64,000 nt of DNA from contig JAPDFW010000092.1 of the NCBI GenBank assembly GCA_028826165.1, positions 248,001-312,000 on the forward strand, in the 5' to 3' direction. Shown here piece by piece: positions 42,308 to 54,700 of this stretch (position 1 is the stretch's first letter; each line of letters starts with the position of its first letter). Below the pieces are notes generated by a model. That model saw nothing but the letters and a program-made list of their open reading frames with translations. It was not told the DNA's origin and searched no databases. The translations under genes and the position numbers were made by a program. Origin of the DNA: Anaeramoeba ignava BMAN. Lineage: Eukaryota > Protista > Anaeramoebae.

Positions 42308-42676
42308 TTAATTTTTTAATAATAAAAATCAAAAACAAAATTTTATTATTAAAAAGAAAAATGAAAAAAAAATTTTTATAACAGAAAAAAAAATGAATTT
42401 AAATTTCTTATTAAAAAAAAGAAAATTAAGATCCTTTTAAATTATAAAAAAAAGAAAAACTCGATCAAAAATGTCGTGAAAACTAAAATTAAGATCATTT
42501 TTTTTATTTTTTTTATTATAAAAATAATAAAAACAAGACAAAAAAAAAGAAGAAAAAAGAACTAAAAAGAAATAATTAATTTCAAATAAAAGAAGAAATT
42601 ACTTTTTATTTTTTTATTTATGAGGAAAAATTGGAAAAATTTATTTTGGAAAAACAAAACAAAAAAGAAACATTAT

Positions 42677-45600
42677 TTAAATATTATTTTCATTTTGATT
42701 TTGATTTTCATTTTCATTTTCATTTTCATTTTCATTTATAATTTTCATTTTTATCTTTAATTCATTTCTTTTTTTATTTCTTAAAACACTTCTTTTGTTA
42801 ATCCATTTTGGAATAAAAAATGAAACAATGAATGTAATTATTCCAATTACAACAGAAATATAAAAAACAAAGAAATAATTAAATGGATATTTAAGTGAAT
42901 TTGTTAAAGACCAAGAATAAATTGATCCACTAACTATTTTTGTTTAGATTGATTAAATATTTTTAGATTAATTAAATATTTTTAGATTGATTAAATAATT
43001 TTTAGATTAATTAAATATTTTTGGATTGATTAAATATTTTTAGATTGATTAAATAATTTTAGATTGATTAAATATTTTTGGATTAATTAAATAACTTTGG
43101 ATTAATTAAATAATTTTAGATTAATTAAATATTTTTAGATTAATTAAATATTTTTAGATTAATTAAATATTTTTGGATTGATTAAATATTTTTAGATTGA
43201 TTAAATAATTTTAGATTGATTAAATAATTTTGGATTAATTAAATAATTTTAGATTAATTAAATAATTTTAGATTGATTAAATAATTTTTAGATTAATTAA
43301 ATAATTTTAGATTGATTAAATAACTTTGGATTAATTAAATATTTTTAGATTAATTAAATATTTTTAGATTGATTAAATAATTTTAGATTGATTAAATAAT
43401 TTTGGATTGATTAAATATTTTTAGATTAATTAAATATTTTTGGATTGATTAAATATTTTTAGATTGATTAAATATTTTGGATTAAATAATTTTTAGATTA
43501 ATTAAATATTTTTAGATTGATTAAATATTTTTAGATTGATTAAATATTTTTGGATTAATTAAATATTTTTAGATTAATTAAATATTTTTGGATTGATTAA
43601 ATATTTTTAGATTGATTAAATATTTTTGGATTGATTAAATATTTTTGGATTAATTAAATATTTTTGGATTGATTAAATATTTTTAGATTGATTAAATAAT
43701 TTTTAGATTAATTAAATATTTTTAGATTGATTAAATAATTTTAGATTAATTAAATATTTTTAGATTAATTAAATATTTTTAGATTGATTAAATAATTTTG
43801 GATTAATTAAATATTTTTAGATTAATTAAATATTTTTAGATTAATTAAATATTTTTAGATTAATTAAATATTTTTGGATTAATTAAATATTTTTAGATTG
43901 ATTAAATATTTTTAGATTGATTGAATATTTTTAGATTGATTAAATATTTTTAGATTGATTAAATATTTTTAGATTGATTAAATATTTTTAGATTAATTAA
44001 ATATTTTTAGATTGATTAAATATTTTTAGATTAATTAAATATTTTTAGATTGATTAAATAATATTTTTAGATTGATTAAATATTTTTAGATTGATTAAAT
44101 ATTTTTAGATTGATTAAATATTTTTGGATTGATTAAATATTTTTAGATTGATTAAATATTTTTAGATTAATTAAATATTTTTAGATTAATTAAATATTTT
44201 TGGATTAATTAAATAATTTTTAGATTGATTAAATAATTTTTAGATTAATTAAATATTTTTTTGGATTGATTAAATATTTTTAGATTGATTAAATATTTTT
44301 GGATTAATTAAATATTTTTAGATTGATTGAATATTTTTAGATTGATTAAATATTTTTAGATTAATTAAATATTTTTGGATTAATTAAATATTTTTTTAGA
44401 TTAATTAAATATTTTTGGATTGATTAAATATTTTTAGATTGATTAAATATTTTTGGATTAATTAAATATTTTTAGATTGATTAAATATTTTTAGATTAAT
44501 TAAATATTTTTAGATTGATTAAATATTTTTAGATTAATTAAATATTTTTAGATTAATTAAATAATTTTAGATTAATTAAATAATTTTGATTGATTAAATA
44601 TTTTTAGATTAATTAAATATTTTTAGATTGATTAAATAATTTTGGATTAATTAAATAACTTTAGATTGATTAAATATTTTTAGATTAATTAAATATTTTT
44701 GGATTGATTAAATATTTTTGGATTGATTAAATAATTTTGATTTTAATTTTAATTTTAATTTTGATTTTGATTTTGATTTTATTTACGAATAGGTCCAAAA
44801 CTTCTAAAAAATGCACAAATTGTTTGTCCAATTCCATTAATACTTCCAATTCTATTTTTAAAGATTTTGATTTTGAATTTTAAATAATAAATAATAAAAA
44901 TAGAAAAATTACCTAAATGGTCTTGCAGAATTATTGATTATTAAAAAAAGACTTGTGTAAGCAATAGATTCCAATCCATAATTTATTGTATAAATTAATA
45001 AAAAGAAAACCCATGTTGTTTTTGTTCCATATTTTTGATCAATTATTGATAAATAAGGAAATGAAATTATAAAAATAGAACTAATAATTATTATTGATCT
45101 GTATAAATTAATAGGTGAAAAATATTTAGCAAGTTGTGGATAAACTATCATTTGGAAAAAAAGATATGATGCACATGATACTGAATTTCCAATAGCAATA
45201 TCACTTGGTGAAAATCCTAATCCTGAATCACTTTTAGATTGAAAACAAAAGATTGGAACAACTGTATCAAATATTCCATAAAAAAATCTATTGTTGTTAT
45301 TATTGTTGTTATTATTTATATTTTGAAAATTGTTAAATTTGTTTGTAAATTGGATATGATTTTTTTAAATTAAACTAACGCAATTAATCCATATAATAAA
45401 CATGGTAATATAACATATTTATGATTTTTTATAAATTCTCCAAATGTTTGTTGTCCATTATCATTAAAATATTTATCATAATATCTATAATCATTTTCAT
45501 CAGTTATTTTCTTTTTTTGGTTTTGATTTTCATTTTCATTTTCATTTTCGATTTTCTTCAATTTCATCTGAACTAAATAAATTTGGATCAGTTTCGGTTT

Positions 45601-46816
45601 CAATTTCAGTTTCACTTACAACCTCAGTTTTAAAATCATCTTCTGGGAAAATTGGAAGAATTTCTTTCCATTCATCATCCTCTTTTTTATTATTAATAAC
45701 ACTATTTGATCTCATTTCTTTCATTTGTTTTTTAATATCTTTTTCAAAATCAATAGTTTTAAATTCATCTAAAATAATTTCAATTTGTTTATATTGATTT
45801 GCATAATAAAAAAATGATTTTCTATCAACAATAATTTTGGAAAGTTTTTTTGATTCAGGTTTATTTGTAAAATTTTCAGGAGACATTAAATCACAATCAA
45901 ATAAAGGTCTTCTTTTTAATAAAGTTTCTTTCAAAAATATTAAAACAATAATAAATGCAACTAAAGATAAAGCAGCAGAAATTGCATTTGGAAGGAAATA
46001 AGGATATTTATCAAGAAAATTTCCTTTTTCAACATCAAGTTCAACTGTATATCCTCCTAATAATGGTGCAATAACTTTTTGGATTTTTATTAATAATATT
46101 TTAATATTTTAATATTTATTAATATTTATTAATATTTACTTCCACCAATTCCATATCCAAAACCAAGAGCAGACATACAAAATGCTTGATTTCCTGAACT
46201 ACATATTTCATTTAACATCGTCTTTTTAATTTTAATTTTAAATTATGAATTTTTGAATTTAAGAAAAAAGTGGAAAGTGGAATTATATTTTTTTTGTTTG
46301 TTTAAATTTACTTTTTCAATTCCAAGATTTGCTTGAAAATGATTAAATAAAAAATGATTAAATAAAGATCCAAAAAAATATATTTTGTTGTTAAAAGAAT
46401 AAAATCAATTTACCATAAAGAAGACCAGATAATCCATAATTAAGAAAAACCCACCAAATTGTAAAAGTAAATCCAAATAAAAAAGATGTAAATGATAAAA
46501 CAAGATTCCCAAAAAGAATTATTTTTCTTTCTTCCAATTTTATCAGATAATTTCCCAAAAAAAAAAGCTAAAATTATAATTTATTTTAAATTCAAAATAA
46601 ATCAATATTTAATAAAGAATTGATTAATTAATTACAACTAAATAATTGACAAATTTGATAAGTTGAATAAAATAAACCAACTAAATAACCAACTTGTGAT
46701 TTTGAATTTGTAACTTTAAATGATTCAATCATAAAAGGAACATAAGGAAAAATTTGAAGATAAACTATACATTCAATAATATAAGAAAGTGAAACTATTC
46801 CTATTTGACTCCACAT
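42677..46816 (-). CDS. MFS transporter, copy E (two +1 homopolymer frameshifts)
   Basis: All eight exons are present; one extra base in homopolymer runs at ~46522-46526 and ~45552-45555 relative to copy D. Confidence 0.75.
42934..44786 (-). repeat. 1853-nt MFS-E intron 7 made of ~19-bp units (plus strand TAGATTGATTAAATATTTT)
   Basis: Visible directly between the GTAAAT donor (44786) and CAAAAATAG acceptor (42934). Confidence 0.93.
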
Positions 46817-47201
46817 TTAATTTTTTAATAAAAAAAAAAAAAAAGAAAAAGAAAAGAAGAAGAAGAAAACCGAATTTAAATTTAGGGACAAAAAAAAAAT
46901 AAAAAAATGAAAATTAAAAATTAAAAAAAAAATAATTTAAATTTAATCCAATTAAATTTGTCGTGGAAACTAAAATTAAAAACTTTTTTTTTTTTTTAAA
47001 AAATAAATTTTTTCCTCTTAATTTTTCCTCATTTCCTTTTTGATCCCTGTTTTGTTTTGTTTTGTTTTGTTTTATTTTGTTTTGTTTACAAAAATTAATA
47101 AATAACTTTAATTCATTTTCTCTTTTTAATCATTTTCAATAATAAAAATAATAAAAATTAAAAATTAAAATAATTATAAATTTTTGTTTTTTGATTATTT
47201 G

Positions 47202-49196
47202 TTATTTTTTCTCAAAAATTCCTTTTGAAATTTGAATATTTGATATTGTTTTTTCCGCTTTAGAAAAAGATTCAACTAACTAAAAATTAAAAATTAAAAA
47301 TTAAAAATTAAAAATTAATTTTTAATTTTAATTTTTGGATTTTGAATTGGATTTTTAATTGAATTTTTAAATTTACTTTATTACAATAATCTTTTTGAGA
47401 ACAAAAATATTCTTTGATTTTGGATTTCATTTCTAATATTCTTTTTTGACGATAGTTTTCAAGTTCAGCCATAACAATACTCCCTTTAATTGATAAATTT
47501 TTTTTAGCTTCTTCAAATCTTTTTTTTTGTTTTTCATTTTTCTTTTGATTTTCCACTTTTGAAAAAGAATTTTTTTTGGAAATGAATTCTGAATAAGAAT
47601 TATCAAAATGTTTAAGCACTTCTGCAAAACCTGGGATTATAGAAGTGAAATCGCCAAGATCAAAAATGAATTGTTTCATTTTCTCGATCTTTTTAAAAAA
47701 AAAATTTTTTTAAATTAAAATATTAAATATTAAATTGAAGTATTAAAATGAAATATTAATAACTTGATTTTTTATCGCATCAACTTGAGAATTAAATGCT
47801 TCTTTTATTGATATAACTGAATCTTTCAAATCAATACTATCTTGTGGCCATTCACTTTCTTCTCTCCAATCAAATCCAATTTCAACTAAATCATTTAATG
47901 ATTTAATAAAATCAATTGATGAAACACCAATTTCACTAAGTGATTCATTTTCTAAATTAAATCCTTGTTGTAAATCTTGAATATTTTGATCAAAATTCTC
48001 AATATGAATTCTAAAATCGTCCACATGCTTTTTCATGTGTTGTTCACTCATGATTTCAAGTGAATCCTTTTGAAATAATGGTTTTATAGTTGATGAAAAA
48101 GGACGAATAACTTTATCCGTCATTTTTTGATTTAAAAGCCATTTTTGTTCGTCTGTGTTCTTTATAAAATCAAGAAAAATAAAGGACTGCGAAAGCACAG
48201 GATGCTCTGCAATTTGATGAAGAAATCTTTCCAATTCTTTTCTTCGATTCTCAACAAATATTTCATTGAATTTTCCTGTCACTTTCTTTTCGGGAAGTGT
48301 TGGTATGGAAATAAATGGAAACAACCTCTTAAGTTGGGTTTGAAGCCATCGAAAGTGTGAATATCGATGGAATACTTCATAGTTTCCTGGGGTTGTTAAT
48401 ATAACATATGTCATATATTTTTTAAATTTTCCTTTTTTTGATGTTCCTGTTATTCTTATTTGAAAATTTGGTAAATCTTCCTTCCATTTCCATTGGAAAT
48501 TTTCCTCAATATTATATTCTTCTTCAGGAAATTCATACTGCGTTGTTTCCTGCTGGTTTATTTGCTTATTTTCCTTTTTGGTTTGATTTTCGTCGTTCAG
48601 TTTATTCGTTGTATTTTCTTTATTTTCTTGTTCATTTATATTTTCTTGATTTAATTTATTTTCCATTTTAAGATTATCAGAAATATTTTCCTCATTTTCT
48701 TTTTTTGCATTCAATTCATTTGATATATTTGCAGTTAAACTGTTGTGTTTTTCTTTGTCTTGGTTTATAATTTGATTATTATTATCATTATCATTATCAT
48801 CATCAAAAGAATCTTGAATATATTTAACTTTTTCAATATAACTATTAATTTAATAAAAGGAAATCAAATGTTTCGTTTTTGTTTTTTAAAGAAAATGAAT
48901 AATTGTTTTAAATTTTTAAATGGAATTTAAATTATAAATTACAAAACAGGAAACATTCCCATTTTTCGTGGATCTTTAATTAAATAGCCTGTCATCCAAT
49001 CTATTTAAAAAACAAAAAGAAAATTTAAATTGAAAAATTTTTCTTTTTTTCTTTCTTTTTTTTTGGAAAATTTTTAAAACAAACCTTCATCAGTAAAAAC
49101 AACCATAATTTGATCTCCTTCATTAAAAGAAAGCTCACTAGGTTCAGAAGCTCGAAAATTAAATTTTGCAAGAACAGGAAATTCAACGGAATCCAT
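47202..49196 (-). CDS. SH3-PX-BAR sorting nexin (SNX9/18/33-like architecture, ~545 aa)
   Basis: Exons 49196-49085, 49000-48943, 48841-47764, 47688-47377 and 47279-47202 splice in frame. SH3 (AKFNF...ELSFNEGD..DW...GMFP.FYI); PX (HRYSHFRWL...IPTLPEK...F.E.RRKELERFL..I..HP.L); helical BAR-like tail (AELENY). Confidence 0.88.
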
Positions 49197-49303
49197 ATTA
49201 TATTTTTATATTATTTTTTTTTATGTTTAAAAAAAAATGAAAAATAAAAAATGAAAAATAAATTTTTTTTTCTTTTTCTCTTTTTCTTCTTTCTTGTTTA
49301 TTT

Positions 49304-51724
49304 CTATTTATTTTGAGGAATGTAAAGAGTAGAACTAGTTTTTTCAAGTAAAATATTAATTTCTTCTTTTTTTTCCTCAATTTTTTTTAAATCCATTTTT
49401 GGATTTTTTAAAAATAAATCATTTAAAAATTCTTGAATTTGTTTTTTATAAAAAAATATTCTTGGATAACAACATAAAACAAACGATTCAATAACAGATA
49501 ATTTGACTTCAATAATTTGCTCGATTGAAACTAATGATTGATTCAATATTTTCGAGAATTTTGAGTGAATTAAATCAGAAATCAATGGGAAAAATTGTTT
49601 TGAATAACGAAGAAAAATGAATCCAATTTTATCGAGAATATTTGGCAAGAATTTCATAAAATTCCAAAGAGCAACTTCTTGATTTTCATAATGTTTGATT
49701 GCGTGAAACCATTCCTTTATCAAGAAACTAAATTCAGGTGTTGTTGGTTCAAGTTTAATCAAATCAATCAATTGAATAACACAAAATAGCAAATTTTCCA
49801 AAAAGAAATTCAACACAAAATCATTTTCTTTATCAAATTGGATAAAATTTCCTCTTAAAAGATCTAATAAATTGAGATCATTTCGATCTTCTAGAATTTT
49901 CAAAACTTCTGGAAAATTTTGAAAATTTTTAATCAAAAATCTGTAATTTGAATCAATGGATGAATTGATAATATTTTGGAGAATTTGAACAGCAATAAGC
50001 TTATTTTCCAGTTTATAATTGCTAACAAAAACCAAAAAAACTCCCAAAATTGTCACTTTTAATTCTTGCTTTTTTTGGATTGATAATGTTTTGCGTATAA
50101 ACCATTGGAAAAGCAATCCAAGTGAAAAATCCTCTTCAAGATTTTTGAGTTTTGAAACAAGATGGAGAAGATACCTTTCTGCAACAAAATCAAGGGAAAC
50201 AACATTTTTCTTCTTGTTTTGATCAGTATTCTTATTTGCAAAAGTGAAAAATATTAAATTTTGAGCAATTTGTTTAATTGTTTTGTCGGTCCATAATAAA
50301 ATATCCTTGCATTCATTATTTGCACAAAATGTTCCGCATTGATCAATGAAATCAAACAATAATGGTTCGTTTTCAAGTATTTGTTCTGATAAGATGGGCA
50401 CTATTTTTTGGAGTAAATAGAACGTATCCAAAGAACGCAAATAAAAATCGCTTAAAGTAAAATCTTTGTTGAATTTTCTCAAATTGGGTATTTTAAGCAA
50501 ATTCAGGCAATTAAGAAGTAATAATAATAAAGAATTTGTTGATTTGTTGATGTTGATATATTTCAAAATCAAATTAATTAACCAAATATCATCTTTCTTT
50601 GTAAAAATGTTATATTTCTTCTTGATCGAATGATAATCATCTTCCTTTATGATATTCTCGACTGGCTTTGTATTGAATGATATTGCCGTATTTTGGATAT
50701 TTTCTTTGGGAAAATTGCAAATAAAATGGAACCATTTGATTTGAACATCGAAATCCACATTTTCTGCAATTTCTTGAACAAGATCATAAACAGCATTTTT
50801 TTCTGTGTGAATATAACTTGAAATATTTTTTGTAATTGCTTGATAAACTACTGCTAAGTTTGTGTGATCAAAATTATTCCCAAAACAATTAAAAATGGAT
50901 TTCAAAATTTTGATGCATTGGATATTTGCTTGTATTTCTGGTTTTTTTTCAAATTCTGTGATGATTTTCTTGAAAATGCGGTTAATTTCTGAGTAAATAT
51001 AATCTTTATATTGTACTTCATTTTGATTCAATAAATGAATAAGTTGATTTTTGGATATTTTTTGGATTTCTTCGTTTGAATCTTGAATAGCCAACAATAA
51101 ATATTCAATTTGAAACTGTTGAGCTGAAAAATAACGGAAAGCTTGAATAGCTTCCAATTTTACGTTGTTATTTTCTTCTAATTCCAATATTTGGAAGATG
51201 AGATTTGAATTCTGTTTTGTGATTTCTGGATTTGTTAAAATAACTTGAATACTTAATTTACGAATTTTCCATTTATTATTTCTTGTTGAAATGAGAATAT
51301 CTTTCCAAATTGGATTTTCATTGGGAATTTTCAGTGATTTTAAAAGAGATAAAAATTCACAAACAATTTCACTTTCAAACTTCTTCTCTTTCAATAAAAA
51401 TGATAAACCTAAAACGCAATCGATAATTTTTTCTTTGTTTTTTATTCTCTTCATAATTTCTAATTCTATTTCAATTAATTCTTGATCTTTATCTTCTTGT
51501 TTTATATTTTCAGAAATCATTTCCAATATAGAATTTTCCATTTCAATCATTTTGTTTTTAAACTCTTCATTATAAATTTCTTTTTCATCTTCAAATTCTT
51601 TAAAAATTAAAAGAAAATTTTGAAGAATTATTTTAGTAGAATTTGATTTTTGATTTTTCCATTCAATTAATGAATTTTCTAACTGATCAAATTTAAAAAG
51701 AAAATTTTCAATAATTTGATTCAT
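49304..51724 (-). CDS. TTI2: HEAT-repeat protein with TTI2 (TELO2-interacting protein 2)-like C-terminal half
   Basis: Intronless, 806 aa. LVFVSNYKLENKLIAVQILQNII resembles TTI2 LVISDDYQTENKILGVHCLHHIV; also IG...LRY and a C-terminal CYPRI (CWPRI) motif. Identified from memory, not by search. Confidence 0.65.
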   Translation of the reverse strand: MNQIIENFLFKFDQLENSLIEWKNQKSNSTKIILQNFLLIFKEFEDEKEIYNEEFKNKMIEMENSILEMISENIKQEDKDQELIEIELEIMKRIKNKEKIIDCVLGLSFLLKEKKFESEIVCEFLSLLKSLKIPNENPIWKDILISTRNNKWKIRKLSIQVILTNPEITKQNSNLIFQILELEENNNVKLEAIQAFRYFSAQQFQIEYLLLAIQDSNEEIQKISKNQLIHLLNQNEVQYKDYIYSEINRIFKKIITEFEKKPEIQANIQCIKILKSIFNCFGNNFDHTNLAVVYQAITKNISSYIHTEKNAVYDLVQEIAENVDFDVQIKWFHFICNFPKENIQNTAISFNTKPVENIIKEDDYHSIKKKYNIFTKKDDIWLINLILKYININKSTNSLLLLLLNCLNLLKIPNLRKFNKDFTLSDFYLRSLDTFYLLQKIVPILSEQILENEPLLFDFIDQCGTFCANNECKDILLWTDKTIKQIAQNLIFFTFANKNTDQNKKKNVVSLDFVAERYLLHLVSKLKNLEEDFSLGLLFQWFIRKTLSIQKKQELKVTILGVFLVFVSNYKLENKLIAVQILQNIINSSIDSNYRFLIKNFQNFPEVLKILEDRNDLNLLDLLRGNFIQFDKENDFVLNFFLENLLFCVIQLIDLIKLEPTTPEFSFLIKEWFHAIKHYENQEVALWNFMKFLPNILDKIGFIFLRYSKQFFPLISDLIHSKFSKILNQSLVSIEQIIEVKLSVIESFVLCCYPRIFFYKKQIQEFLNDLFLKNPKMDLKKIEEKKEEINILLEKTSSTLYIPQNK

Positions 51725-51792
51725 TTTTTTTTAATTTTTGAAAATGAAAAAAAATGAAAAGAAAAAAATGAAAAAAAAAATTTTTTTGGAAT

Positions 51793-54700
51793 TTAATTTA
51801 AAATTAAATCAATTATTGAATTTTGATTTAATTGATAATAATCTTTAAAATCTGAACATTCTTCTAATATTAATTCTTTTAAATCTTCTTCAAAATTATC
51901 ATGATAGAAAAAATAAATAAATTCTTGAATTGTTTGGAATGATTTTCTTGAATAATCATGAACTTGATTTGATGAATCTGAAACATTTAATAAAAACATT
52001 CCTTTAAATAATTCACTTCTTATTATTAATATTAATTTATGAACTTTGATTTCTTTTTCTTCAACAATTATTGTGAAATCTTTACTTGTTTCATTTTCAT
52101 ATAATTTGGAAAAATCTTTTATAATTCCTTTTCTTCCTTTTTTTGTTTCAATCCAATTTGAATCAATTTCAATTTCTTTGAAAAAATTTGAAATAATTTC
52201 ATTTTCTTCTTGATTTTCAATTTGAATTTTTTGAGAATTTAAATTTTCAATCATTTTATCAAAATTAGAAAATCCAGTATAAATAAAATTCAATATAATT
52301 TCAATTTCATTTTTTGGTTTTTGATAACAATTATTGATAAATTTTTGTAAAATTGTTTCATTATTATCAAATCTTGTTAATAAAATTAATTTATGAACTT
52401 TAAATTTAAATGAATCATTTGATTGAATTATTAAATCTGAAAATTGATTTGATTTCAATAAATTGTTTAAATCTTCATTAAATGAATAAATTTGGGAAAA
52501 TAAACTAATAAATTCTTTTGTAATTTTTTCTTGTTTCAAATTATTAATATTCGTATCATTCATTAATAAAAGTTTGATTGTATTTTGATTTTGGTTTTCA
52601 ATTAATATTGAAAGAGCAGTTTCATTTGAATATGTTTTTGCATTAATATCAATTCCTTTTTCAACTAAATATTTGATAATTTGGATTGATGGGTTGTTTT
52701 TGCAAGCAAAATGTAAAACTGTTTCATTATAAGTTGTTTTTGTGTTAATATCAATTCCTGATTCAATTAAATATTTGGCTGATTCAAATGAAGTAAGTTC
52801 GAATTTAAAAGCAAAATGTAAAGCAGTTTCATTATAATTTGTTTTTACATCAATATCAATTCCTGATTCAACAAGAAATTTGATAATTGGGAATGAGTTT
52901 TCAGGTTGATATTGGCAAACAAGATGGAGAGCAGATTGATTGTTATAAACTTTTGCATTTATATCTGCACCTTTTAAAACAAGACACTTAATAATTTCAA
53001 GTGAAATCAGATTTTTATTTTCACATGCAAAATGTAAAGCTGTTTGATTTCTTTTTGTTTTTGCATTTACATCAATTCCTTTTTGGATTAAATATTGAAC
53101 AACTTTAGTTGCACTTTCGTTTTGATTTTGACAAGCATAATGCAGAAATGTTTCATCATTTTTGGTTTTTGATTTGAGATCAAGTCCTGATTTAAGTAAA
53201 TAATTGATAGTCTGTATTGGATCTTTTTGGTTTTGATATTTACAAAAATAATGAAAAGCTGATTCTTGTTTATATGATGTTGTTGCATTAATATCAATTC
53301 CTGATTCAACAAAAAATTTAATAATATCAATTGAATTTCCTTTGAAATTTTCATTTTCACAAATTAAATGCAAAGGTGTTTTTTGATCAAATCTAGAGTA
53401 AGTATATCGTGTTTTCATTGGGTAATTTCTTTTCGATTTTTCTGAAGTTTGATTGTTGCTTTGGTTTGATTGAGATTTGAGTTCAAGTTCTTTTGAAACA
53501 AGAAACTTGATAATTTCAAAAGAATATTCATTTTGGTTTAGTTTTTTGGAAACAAAATGTAGAGGTGTAGCTTTGTTATATTTGGTCTGAGCAGTTATAT
53601 CAGCTCCTTTCGAAACAAGAAATTTAATAATTTCAAATGATTTTTCGTTTATTTTTTCACAAGTCAAGTGTAAAGGTGTTTCATCTTCACTGGTTTTTGC
53701 ATTAATATCAGATCCTTTTTCGATTAAATAATCAATAATATCAAGAGAATTATGATATTTGCATGCATAATGTAAATATGTTTCTCTAGAATTTGTTTTT
53801 CTATAAAAATCAACTCCATTGTCAAGAAGAAATTTAACCACATCAATTGTGTTTTGATTATTTGTGCATGCTAAATGTAAGGCTGTTTCGTATTTACTTG
53901 TTGTTGAATTGATATCAACTCCTTTGGAAACAAAATATTCAATAATTTCAAGTGATAAATTGAATTGACAAGCTAAATGAAAAGCTGTTTCATTTCCATA
54001 TGTTTTTTTTGCATTAATATCAATTCCGGATTCAACAAGAAATTTGATAATATCAATCAGTTTATCTTTTAAGTTTTGCTTTTTGCAAATTAAGTGTAAA
54101 AGTGTTTCATTACTATCTCTTTTTGAATTTATATCAAACCCATTAGAAATCAGGAATTTGATAATTTGTATTGAATTTTCATTTAATTCATGATTCTGGA
54201 AAATTATATATAAAGCTGTTTCATTCCATTTTGTTTTGGCATTAACATCAATTCCTTTTGAAACTAAATATTTAATAATTTCAAGTGAATTTTTGTATTC
54301 GCAAGCATAATGTAAAACTGTTTCATTATTCACATTTTTTGAATTAATATCAATTCCTTTAGAAACTAAATATTCGATAACTTCAAGTGAATTTTTGAAT
54401 TTACAAGCAAAATGTAAAAGTGTTTCATTATTCAAATTTTTTGAAAGAATATCAATTCCTTTGGAAACTAAATATTCGATAACTTCAAGTGAATTCTGGA
54501 ATTTGCAAGCATAATGTAAAACTGTTTCATTATTCACATTTTTTGAATTAATATCAATTCCTTTAGAAACTAAATATTCGATAACTTCAAGTGAATTTTG
54601 ATATTTGCAAGCATAATGTAAAACTGTTTCATTTCTCACATTTTTTGAATTAATATCAATTTTTTTGGAAATTAAATATTCAATAATTTGGATTGATGGA

